A stretch of DNA of 64,000 nt from an uncultured Candidatus Peribacteria bacterium (GTDB taxonomy: Bacteria; Patescibacteriota; Gracilibacteria; Absconditabacterales; Absconditicoccaceae): positions 4,356 to 68,355 of the forward strand of contig CAZDFH010000006.1 of NCBI GenBank assembly GCA_964504915.1, given 5' to 3'. Of this stretch, positions 41,286 to 50,700 are shown piece by piece (the stretch's first letter is position 1; each line of letters opens with the position of its first letter). The translations under genes were made by a program, and so were the position numbers. Below the pieces are notes generated by a model, which was given only the letters and a program-made list of their open reading frames with translations, searched no databases and had not been told where the DNA came from.

Positions 41286-41313
41286 TTGCAAAGGATGTGA
41301 CACTGACTATAAA
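41286..41313 (+). promoter_or_regulatory. Candidate promoter (TTGCAA-16-TATAAA)
   Basis: Hexamers at 41286-41291 and 41308-41313. Confidence 0.45.
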
Positions 41314-41325
41314 GTAGAAAAGTTT

Positions 41326-41371
41326 GTAGGGGCGTTTACTAAACGCCCGGGCGAATATTATTCGCCCCTAC
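41326..41371 (+). promoter_or_regulatory. GC-rich leader hairpin set with alternative pairings, followed by a T-rich tract
   Basis: GTAGGGGCG-TTTACTAAA-CGCCC|GGGCG-AATATTATT-CGCCCCTAC. The segment GGGGCG can pair with either CGCCC segment. TTTTAAATTTTTT follows at 41377-41390, and the ATG is at 41401. Confidence 0.4.
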
Positions 41372-41400
41372 GAAATGTTTTAAATTTTTTCCAAAAACTT

Positions 41401-41907
41401 ATGCAGACCACGGTTCACGCACAACGCAAACTTCACGTGACGCAGACAGGCCGGACGTTGTGATTTGTCAGTATTCTTTTTTGTTTGCCTTTATTTATTT
41501 CCGGTCCACAACTTTTAATTTGAAGTATAGTTAACTTATTATTGATTGCATCAGTACGAAAATTGTCTCGATCCAAAGCTTGGCCCTTGGCGTTCATTCC
41601 AAGTATCGCGGCAGTTCTTCATGGTGTCATCTTCTGACCATTTACGATATTCCTTGTCTATATGATGCCAGTAATTTGGCTAGGAAATCTAGCCTTAATG
41701 TATATCGTTAGTCGTGTCTCTCAGAAATGGTTGGGAATTTTGGCATGATGAATCATTAAAGCATGACTCTTGTTTCTCATCGCATTCATATTAGTACAAA
41801 ATAGTTTCTTGCCTACGATATTTCTCAAAGCAATGGGAATCTTTCAATTAGCTACAGCATTAATCGGTGGATATGTGTTGTTTGGAATGCGTACATTAGC
41901 AAAATAA
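41401..41907 (+). CDS. Small polytopic membrane protein (168 aa), possible transporter component
   Basis: ATG at 41401, and the frame is open to TAA at 41905. It has 5 to 6 hydrophobic segments and the motif SGPQLLI[G]SIVN. The start is uncertain; TTG at 41542 is an alternative. Confidence 0.45.
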
Positions 41908-41930
41908 TTTTTATCTTTTTTTCTTCTCGT

Positions 41931-42758
41931 ATGAAAACACCAGTCAAAAAAGCAGCCACGACAAAAGTCGCTAAGCCAGCAAGCAATCGTCGATGGACCA
42001 TTATGGCAATCATCAACATTATCGCCTTTATTGCCGTGCTTGTGGTAAATTATCTTGCCGTATCTCTGCCTCTTGGAGGGATGACTACATGAGCATTATC
42101 AGATTTGTATCCCAATTTATTTACTCCCGCAGGACTCACGTTTTCTATCTGGGGACTTATTTACTTGGCTGTGTTTGGATTTGTTGTTCGACAACTTATT
42201 GATCTTTTCAAAAAAAAATCTCGCTGAATCACCAGGAAAGTAGGAGTCCGATTTTTCTTGTCCTGCCTTGCTAATATCGGATGGATGTTTGCTTGGCAAT
42301 ATCAGCACGTAGCATTGTCACTTCTTATTATGTTGCTCTTTTTGATAATCTTGATTGTCCTATCATACAAAGTTTCTCTTGGTAAAAAATTAGGAAATCG
42401 ATGAGACAAATTACTTGTTCAAGTCCCCTTTAGTTTGTATCTTGGCCGAATTTCTGTCGCTACAATAGCAAATACAGCAGCATTACTTGTCCATATGCAA
42501 CGAACGATGCGAGGCATCTCTCCTGTGTCTTGGACTATTCTTCTCATCATTATCGCTACCTTACTTGCTTTGATGGCATTATGGAAAAAATATAATATTA
42601 TCTTTGCTTTGGTTGTGATCTGGGCGTTTATTGGGATCATTATCAAGACACTCAATGCAGAAGTCATCTACACTCAAATAATCCGAACCTTGGGTGTCTG
42701 TATCTCCATCATATCCCTAGGCATCGGAGCTAAATTTATTCAATGGAAGAAGAATTAA
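41931..42758 (+). CDS. TspO/MBR-related membrane protein (long form)
   Basis: It is a multi-TM, aromatic-rich protein with several CGA codons at positions that would be Trp. It overlaps the next gene by 16 nt. Confidence 0.5.
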
Positions 42759-43180
42759 ATTTTATTCTATATACTCCCATGAAGCCAACTACCAATCGAT
42801 ATGCTCATATCAAAAAGCCCTCTCGAGCTCCGCCAGCTTGGCTCTTTGGACCAGTGCGAACTTTTTTGTATATCCTGATCGTGATCTCATTTGGGAAAGT
42901 ATTTCTCATGGCAGGAGCTCATCAGATTGTTTTCCTTGTCGTATTGCCATTTATACTCAATGCAATTTTCAATCTTATTTTCTCTCCTATCCAGTTTGGA
43001 CTTAAAAATAATGTCCTCGCGGCGATAGATGTAATTCTTATCTTGGCAACACTTATCTGGGCTACGATAGCTATCTATCCATATATGCATCGGGTTGCTT
43101 ATCTTCAGATTCCTTATCTGATCTGGGTATGTATTGCTACGACCTTGCAGCTTACCGTCACGTACATGAATAGAAAATAG
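42743..43180 (+). CDS. TspO/MBR family (tryptophan-rich sensory protein)
   Basis: KKPS[CGA]APPAWLFGPV[CGA]TFLY matches the conserved KPsWaPP.W.FgpvWt.LY segment. It has 5 TM segments. Confidence 0.7.
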   Translation: MEEELNFILYTPMKPTTNRYAHIKKPSRAPPAWLFGPVRTFLYILIVISFGKVFLMAGAHQIVFLVVLPFILNAIFNLIFSPIQFGLKNNVLAAIDVILILATLIWATIAIYPYMHRVAYLQIPYLIWVCIATTLQLTVTYMNRK

Positions 43181-43248
43181 TAAATTTTTATAAAAAAACC
43201 ATGGCTTCATCGCTGTGGTTTTTTGATATTGCAAATTACTAACGCCAA

Positions 43249-44130
43249 TTATATCTTCATATTATGATCTGTAGGTTTCATAACATATACGACAGCATCT
43301 TCCATTACATCTTTCACTTGTTGCTGTGAAAGGCCTAATGTTTTTGGTGAAGTTAAATCGCTATATACTTCCATAAAACTATGTCTCTCAATAGAGAAGC
43401 CAAGATCCTCGAAGAACTTTTTGGCCTCTTCCTCTGTTTCAAAGCAATTACTCGAAATATCTTTACCCGTTATCTTCGACATTTTTGCTATATGATTTGG
43501 CCTAATCTTATTTTCTTTATTGAACATCTCTCTCAAAGAGATATCTGATGTTATCCAAACTCCATTAAATTCTTCCAAAACTTTATGAATATGTTGAGCG
43601 ACTTTTGCCTTTTCATCCTTGGTTAAATAACGAAGTAGACCTTCGTTTGTGATAACTAGAGGTTTTGATTTATTAAAATATTTAACTGCTTTTTCCAAAC
43701 TTTCAAAATCTAAAGCATTCCCAGACTCAAAGTGTAAATTACTTGGCATTTCAAATCCTCCTTCTGCTGCAATTCCTTTTATGATTTGTTCTTTTTTTTG
43801 TATCACTGACGGTAAATCAAGTTCTACATAATTAAAATTATTTTCTTTGGACATAGATAATCCACGAGAAGAAAACCCAGAAGCAAGCTCTAATACTTGA
43901 TCTGAATTAGTTTCATAGATCAGTTTATCTATGAGCTTATGCCTTGCTTCAAATTGTGGTGCTGGTTTTTTGAGATCAAAAGGAATATCTTCGTAATTAT
44001 TTTTTCCACTGATTTTTTTTAGATTTTCAAAAATTTCTGATGAATAGGGGATATCAGCAAAAGTCCTACGATAAGCAGCCATCAATGCTGTCGGTATAAC
44101 TTTTTCAAAACTTTTTTGACGATTTTTCAT
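43249..44130 (-). CDS. Class I SAM-dependent methyltransferase (leucine-carboxyl/O-methyltransferase-like)
   Basis: VLELASGFSSRG (motif I) and ITNEGLLRYL. There is no TGA anywhere in the gene. The track ORF extends to 44193, but that N-terminal stretch is made of GC-rich hairpins, so I prefer the ATG at 44130. Confidence 0.65.
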   Translation of the reverse strand: MKNRQKSFEKVIPTALMAAYRRTFADIPYSSEIFENLKKISGKNNYEDIPFDLKKPAPQFEARHKLIDKLIYETNSDQVLELASGFSSRGLSMSKENNFNYVELDLPSVIQKKEQIIKGIAAEGGFEMPSNLHFESGNALDFESLEKAVKYFNKSKPLVITNEGLLRYLTKDEKAKVAQHIHKVLEEFNGVWITSDISLREMFNKENKIRPNHIAKMSKITGKDISSNCFETEEEAKKFFEDLGFSIERHSFMEVYSDLTSPKTLGLSQQQVKDVMEDAVVYVMKPTDHNMKI

Positions 44131-44153
44131 ACTATTCTTGTCGAAGGTAAATT

Positions 44154-44166
44154 CGGAAGGCACAGG
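44154..44166. repeat. 13-nt direct repeat of the tRNA-Ser 3' end
   Basis: CGGAAGGCACAGG at 44154-44166 is identical to 44231-44243 (the tRNA 3' terminus, read on the plus strand). Confidence 0.9.
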
Positions 44167-44230
44167 CCCCGCTGTTGCGGGGTAAAATTTCAAGCGAAGC
44201 GCAGTCCCGCTTTAGCGGGGGAACCTTAAT

Positions 44231-44315
44231 CGGAAGGCACAGGATTCGAACCTGCGGTACCTTGCAGTACGCACCGTTTCCAACGGTGTGCTTTAGACCA
44301 CTCAGCCAACCTTCC
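44231..44315 (-). tRNA. tRNA-Ser (anticodon GGA), class II with long variable arm
   Basis: Reverse complement GGAAGGTTGGCTGAGTGGTCTAAAGCACACCGTTGGAAACGGTGCGTACTGCAAGGTACCGCAGGTTCGAATCCTGTGCCTTCCG. The anticodon stem is CACCG/CGGTG with loop TTGGAAA, and the T-arm is CAGGTTCGAATCCTG. No CCA is encoded. Confidence 0.9.
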
Positions 44316-44326
44316 TTATGGGTATT

Positions 44327-44461
44327 GGAACGATAGATTTTGGAACGATAGATTTTGGAACGATAGATTTTGGAACGATAGGACTTAGAACGATAGGTTT
44401 TGGAACGATAGATTTTGGAACGATAGATTTTGGAACGATAGATTTTGGAACGATAGATTAT
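44327..44461. repeat. Tandem repeat, 15-bp unit GGAACGATAGATTTT x9
   Basis: Nine head-to-tail units, two of them variant (GGAACGATAGGACTT and AGAACGATAGGTTTT). The array lies upstream of the tRNA on its strand and touches the stop of the next gene. Confidence 0.95.
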
Positions 44462-44823
44462 GGTTTTGCGTGTGTTTTTTTGTATCTTATTAATGATGAT
44501 AGCATTTTCAAAATAATAGTAATTTCTTCGTCTAATGTATCTGACTTATTTTTTGTGATAAATCATTGTCTTTGTGCAATCAATAAATGTGTTTGAACTT
44601 CTGCTGCCGATCATTTAGCTATATAGAGAAAATTTATATTCTCTTTATTTGTATTTCTTTGATCTCATTCTGCTATATTTGCAGCGATAGAATTAGATGC
44701 TCTCTTAATTTGGTCTATAAGTGCAAACTCCATTTTTGGAAAAGTTTTGGTAATTTCATACATTGCATCCACAAAGTTCATTGCTCTCTTTCGTACTTCT
44801 AGTTTTTGGTAACTTTTGTCCAT
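44458..44823 (-). CDS. Four-helix-bundle protein (23S rRNA intervening-sequence protein family; Avd-like fold)
   Basis: QIKRASNSIAANIAE[G]... FLYIAK[G]SAAEVQTHL matches the Qi.rAa.Si..NIAEG ... iA.GS..E..t.l signature. Confidence 0.75.
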
Positions 44824-44882
44824 TTCCGAGATTTTTAAAATCTAAATCCCCCATCGTTCTATCCATCCATCGTTCTTTAAGT

Positions 44883-46706
44883 CTACTTTACTGTGACCGA
44901 TTTCGCTAGATTTCTTGGCTTATCGATGTCTTTGCCGAGAATGTCCGCTACATGATATGCTAATAATTGCCCAACGATGACGGTCAGAAATGGATATATT
45001 TCATCGATAGTCGAGGGGAGTGTAATATTTCGGTCAGCATTATCAATGTCTTTATCAGAAATAGTGATCACCTTTCCATCTCTTGCTTTGATTTCTTGAA
45101 TAGAGGAAACATTTTTTTCGAACATCAAATCGTTTGGCGCAAAGAGTACACTTGGTACTGATGCTTCGATCAACGCTAGCGGCCCATGTTTCAATTCTCC
45201 ACTTGCATAACTCTCTGAATGCAGATAAGTAATTTCTTTCAATTTTAGACTACTTTCTGTGGCTATAGGTAACTGATAGTGTCTTCCTAGGAAGAAGAAA
45301 TTTTTGTACTCGGCTACTTTCTCTGCTATGCCTCTAATCGTCGCTGTGTTGGCTAAAATGTCTTCTATCATTACTGGCACCTTACTGAGCTCTATCATGA
45401 TCTTGTCATATTTTGCTTTTGTTAATCATCTTTTCTGTCCGAGATATAAGGCCAAGAGAAGAATACAAGTAACCTGTGCGGTGAATGCTTTCGTGGATGC
45501 CACTCAGATTTCTGCTCCACACCTGGTAAAAAGTCCGTAGTCTGTCAGACGGGAAATAGTAGATCCGACGACATTTACGATGCCAAATGTATGTCATCAT
45601 TTTTGCTGGATGAGTTTCAATACTGATATACTGTCTGCGGTCTCGCCGGATTGAGAAATGAATACGTAGAGTGTATCATCACGTACTTGGATATTTCTGT
45701 ATTCATATTCGCTGGATATTTCGCAGCTTGCATCGATGCCGGCGATATTTTCCATCCGATAAGATCCTAGACATCATGCATTATAACTCGTACCACATCC
45801 CACGAAGACAATCTTCTTGAAATGCTCGTCTTGCATGCCATGAAATGCTTCTGCATTCAATGTATTCTGATTAAAATCTACTCTTCATTTAAAGATTCTT
45901 CTGATAATATTTGGCTGTTCAAAAATTTCTTTGAGCATAAAATGCTTGAAATCTCATTTAGATGATTCCAAGAGTTGCAAGTCCATGTCTTCGATTTTCC
46001 TATCTGCACGTATACCATTTGACTTGACGCTATAATCATTTCCTTTGAGGTGAACGATGTCACCATCGTCGAGATAGATCAACTTGTCGGCGTAGCCAGC
46101 GAGTGCTTGTTTGTCGGAAGAGAAGAAATAATCTCCTGTCCCATTGTATGCTAGCACAAGTGGGCTTCACAATTTCACGGCAATAATTTCATTGGGTGCA
46201 TAGGTGGAGACTATCAATAATGCATATGCTCATCTGATCATTCAGATTACTTTCTCGACAGTTTTCATGAAATCTCCCGTTCGATTATCTTCCAATAAAT
46301 TGGCAATAACTTCGCTATCTGTCTGTCCATAAAAGGTGTATCACTTCGCGAGTAAATCTTGTTTCAGCTTGTGGTAATTTTCTATAATTCAATTATGTAC
46401 TAAGTAGAAATGTCTATTCATGTCGTGGTGTGGATGCGTGTTTTCCTCTGTGACGCCCCCGTGAGTAGCCCGACGTGTGTGGGCAATTCAGAAGGTATAT
46501 GTTTCTTTGTCTCAGATTTCTTTCGCGACTTTGTCTGCAAGTTTGGAGACTTTACCGACTGCTCTGATGAGCTTGATCTCTGCTTTTTCGTTCCCCACCA
46601 ACAAACCTGCTGAATCGTATCCACGGTATTCTAGTCTTTCTAGTCCGTGTACGAGAATCTTGTGCGCCTCGTGACTTTTGCCTTGGTATCCAAAAATTCC
46701 ACACAT
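44883..46706 (-). CDS. glmS: Glutamine--fructose-6-phosphate aminotransferase
   Basis: MCGIFGY N-terminus and the C-terminus ...[13 protein letters not shown]. The track ORFs are in frame, and the gaps were checked for TAA/TAG. Confidence 0.9.
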
Positions 46707-46734
46707 GTGCTGCTATATTCAAGTAAAAAGTCCT

Positions 46735-47169
46735 TTAGAAGCGGTTGACCATATATGCTCCATCGTGTTTGAATCCAAATTTTTCGTAGAATGGAATCAT
46801 CTTTTCTCCACAATCGAGAATTATTTTATAACATCATTTCTCTTTCGCAATCTCGATCGCTCTTGTGAGTAATGCTCCTGCGATTCCTTTCCCTTCAAAT
46901 CATTTCCTGACTGCGACATCTTCGATATGCCCAGCAAGTACTCATCACCTAATGAACTTCTGCTCTATCAGCAATCCGGTTGTTCCTATGATGCCATGCT
47001 CATTTACGGCTACGAGAATTACTGTTCACTGCTTATGCATCTTTGTTAAGACGTCTTTCATCTTCTCTTGATCTAGTGTAGGTGAATCTACTAGATTTCT
47101 TAACGTTTCAAAAAATGATTCATTGAATTGGAGATGTTTTTCTGATAACTCTTCTATCTGATAGTCCAT
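46735..47169 (-). CDS. Glucosamine-6-phosphate N-acetyltransferase, eukaryote-type (GNA1-like GNAT)
   Basis: LLIEQKFIR.., AGHIEDVAV, GCYKIILDC, FYEKFGF and AYMVNRF parallel GNA1 motifs as I recall them (IEHKFI, G.IEDV.V, CYKI.L.C, FY.K.GF, YM..RF). Confidence 0.7.
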
Positions 47170-47204
47170 TCTGGATGGTTATTGATAAATTAATAGGTTG
47201 TTTA

Positions 47205-47711
47205 CTATACTATTCTTTTGGCTTCTTGTAATAATGCTTTTGTTAACGATAGGTTTCGTGCTCTCATTGTTTTATGCCATTTTCTGAATTTTAGAAATTG
47301 TTCTCGATTTAACTCAATCATATCTTTTAACTGAAAATCTTTATCAATTCTTACAATAATTGCATATTCGAACTTTTTTTCTGGTATTTCTATGTCTTCT
47401 AAATTTCAACAACCATAAAATACTCATGTTGTACTTCACGGCTCGGTGATTGTTTTAATGCTATATCTTTCTCACTTTCTACTTATTGCATCGATGTTTT
47501 GTGTCCCTTCTGGAGCTGCCTGCAGATTCGGCAATGAAGTATTTTTATTATAAGTTGCTATTGTTAGAAATTCTCCCCTTTCTCATACTATATTGTTTGT
47601 TCTTACCAACCCCCTGGCTTTCAATTTTTTTTGACAGTCTGCAAAACATGTCCATAACTCTTCATCGGTTAGTTCTTCTATATACGCCTCTATTTCATCT
47701 ACTTTATTCAT
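47205..47711 (-). CDS. Hypothetical protein (168 aa)
   Basis: ATG at 47711 to TAG at 47205, with four internal TGA and two CGA. No confident family assignment. Confidence 0.4.
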
Positions 47712-47715
47712 TTCA

Positions 47716-50700
47716 TTATACCACAATATTTAAAATTTTTCCTTTCACGTAAATTACTTTTTTTGGCTCACCTGTGATTCGATTAGCAATCTTCTCATCG
47801 GCTTTTGCTGCTGTCATTGCGTCTCCTTCAGTGGCTTCTAGATCTAGAGAAATCGTTCCTCTGACCTTGCCATTTACCTGGACGGCTATCGTGATCGTGT
47901 CGGCGATCAATAACTTTTCATCATATGTTGGCCATGTAGCTTTGGTAAAAATGGAGTACTCGTTTCAGAGTTGTTCCCAAAGTTCTTCCGCCAAATGTGG
48001 TGCAAACGGAGATGTCAAAATAACCAACGTTTCAAAGGTCTTACGTGATATGGTTCAGCAATCTGTGAGGTGATTCGTCAAGATCATGAGCTGAGAAATT
48101 GCTGTGTTGAATTTAAACTCATCTATATTCTCAGTGATTTTTTTAATCGATTGATTTAGAAGAATGATAGTCTGAAGGTCTTCAGGTCATCAAGTCTTCA
48201 GGTCTATTAAGTCTTCAGGTCCATCAAGTCATCAAGTCTCCTGTCATTCGACTTTATGGACTTTAGACTTTACGGACTTTACAGACTCGTTGGTTCGGAC
48301 TTTAAGACTGAGGTTCGCAACCTTGTCCAAGAACTTTTTCGATCCGGAAATTCATGCAGTATTCCATGCGATAGCTTGTTCAAACGGGCCCATAAACATT
48401 TCATAAGTTCTCAAAGTATCAGCTCAGAACTGGCTTACGATATCGTCTGGATTGACGACATTTCATCGTCTCTTGGACATTTTTCTACCATCTTCACCCA
48501 TGATGAGTCAGACGTAATGATATTCTTGGAATGGTTCATCATGAGAAATCGCTCCGATATCAAAAAGAAATTTCTGCCAAAATCTACCATAGATCATATG
48601 TCTGGTGACGTGTTCTGCTCCACCGATATAGATATCGACATTGCCTCGATATTTTTCTTTGTCCTTGCCGACAAGTGCTTTATCATTGGTCGGATCCATA
48701 TATCTGAGCCGGTATCGTGAACTGCCTGCCCATCCTGGCATCGTATTGGTTTCGCGTTTTGCTTTCGTTCCATCTGGTAACGTTACATTGACCCGATCAG
48801 TAATATTTGCCAGTGGTCACTCTTCTGTTCCCGTGGGTGCATAATTTTCTACATCAGGCAAGAGTAAAGGAAGATCTTTCTCATCCAAAGGAATAATTTT
48901 TGCTGACTCTTGTTGTCTGTTTGGATTTGTTATGACTGCGTTTAGTATGTCATGGTCTTCCTTGTTTTGGAAATGTCTCTTCTTGTCTAGGATGATAGTC
49001 TCTCGTTGTTTGGTTACGACGTCTTGCGTATCTACAGAAATATATGGATCGTCTTGTGATACAAACAATATTTTTTCTTGAGCATTCTTATCTATTTTTT
49101 TGAAATTCAATTTGAGATCAATAATTTTGCTCAAGGCGACAATATCGGAATCTTGAAATTCTGGATTTTCACTTACATCATTTACTATCTTCTTGGCTGT
49201 GGTAACTGGTGCGACGAGAATCAGTTTCCCAATCTTCTGCTCAGCTTGCTCTACGAGCTTAAGCGCAAATTTCCCTCATAGGCTGTGGCCTATCACGATA
49301 TCATTTTCTCCTAATTTGTTGAAGTATGGTAATAGAAATTCCATCGTCTCATCGTAATTTGGACTGTCAGGATTTGGTAATGTTTCATTAAATACTTCAT
49401 ATCATTTTGCTGTCAATTCTTTCGTGATTCGTGGAAATCGATTCCCTTCTTTCCTTCATTCGAAGCCATGAATTAATAATACTTTTTTTCATCATTTTTG
49501 GGTATTTACTATTTCAAATTCTCGTCCAACTAGACCATTCTTCTCGATCTTCTCTCTATATCAAGGTTTGAAATCTCGACCTTGTTGAAAATCTTCGAAG
49601 CTTTTTACGGATGCGAAAGCTTGCTTGTTGGTGTAGATTTTTTCGATAATTTTTTTGTCCGTTGACCGAAGATCTTCCAAGTTTTTCCGTGTATGCGTGG
49701 TTTTTATTTTGACCGAAATAGTAGTTCAGGTTTCTTTGTTTTCAAAATGTAGTATGTCTCCAACTTTTACGTCACCAAAATATCTATCTGGCTCTTCGGG
49801 GTTGAGAGCTCTGGTTTCGAGCGTCTTCGTTCCATCAACGATGGACTGCCACGTTGTCTGATCATAAAAATGTATGGTAAGTTTTGGTTTGTCTTCCGTC
49901 TCAGTTCGTAATATAGGGAAAGGTTCCCCTCGATATCTTTGTCTACTAAATACTCGATCTTGCATGCGGTAAGAAATTATTTTTTCTGCTCGTCATTTCT
50001 TAATGTAATATTCTGAAATTTTTTGTGTGGCCATGTGGATATCCATGCCATCTAGAAAATCTGAATGTATCATCTTTCACTCTTCTTCTTGGACTTGTTC
50101 AGCTTTTGTGATGGGGGAAGTATCTCAGTTAGATCCAATAACAACTCTTATCACTGGGATATCAAAGGTTTGAGCAAATTCAAAGTCACGTATATCGTGT
50201 CCAGGCACACCAACAACCGCTCAAGTACCAAATCATCCTAGGACGAAATCTGAAATCCAAATAGGGATTTCTTTTCCATCTATTAGTCTGTGGTCGGCAT
50301 AAAATCAAGTAAATGCTCATGTTTTGACATGTCATTCTGCTATTCTTTGGAGCTCGGTTTTTTGCTTGGTTTCAAAAACATATTTTTCTATATCAATATA
50401 TGTTTTTTTATCCACCGCAATTTCCTTATTTAATATTTTTGTCACAAAAGGATGTTCTGGTGCCAAGACGATAAATGTTGCACCAAAATTTGTGTCTGGT
50501 CTTGTAGTAAAACATACGACTTCTTCATGAGTTCATATAATTGGATAATGAATATTAATTCCTTCTTTTTTCCCAATCCAATTTCTTTCTAAGTCTTTCA
50601 TCGATTCTTCTCGATTAAGTTTGTCCAATCACTGCAATAATCTCTCTGCATATTTTGTAATCCTCAATACTCGTTGTTTCATTGGCTTTTGTTCTACTTC

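Noticed and set aside
41326-41371. Fluoride (crcB) or preQ1-I riboswitch upstream of the small membrane protein.
   Set aside because: There is only superficial resemblance (AAACGCCC, ..CCCCTAC). The conserved crcB pseudoknot nucleotides and the A-rich preQ1 tail are missing, and the downstream protein lacks CrcB or QueT motifs.
44318-44596. ORF translating as GTIDFGTIDF..., or a CRISPR array at the 15-bp tandem repeat.
   Set aside because: The peptide is just the tandem repeat read through. The repeats are contiguous with no spacers and are far shorter than CRISPR repeats, and no cas genes are present.
48900-49905. The LeuRS insertion as an intein or a nested independent gene.
   Set aside because: There is no Cys/Ser/Thr-initiated Hint block, no terminal His-Asn, and no homing-endonuclease motifs. 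There is no start/stop pair delimiting a separate gene. Both junctions continue LeuRS in the same frame.
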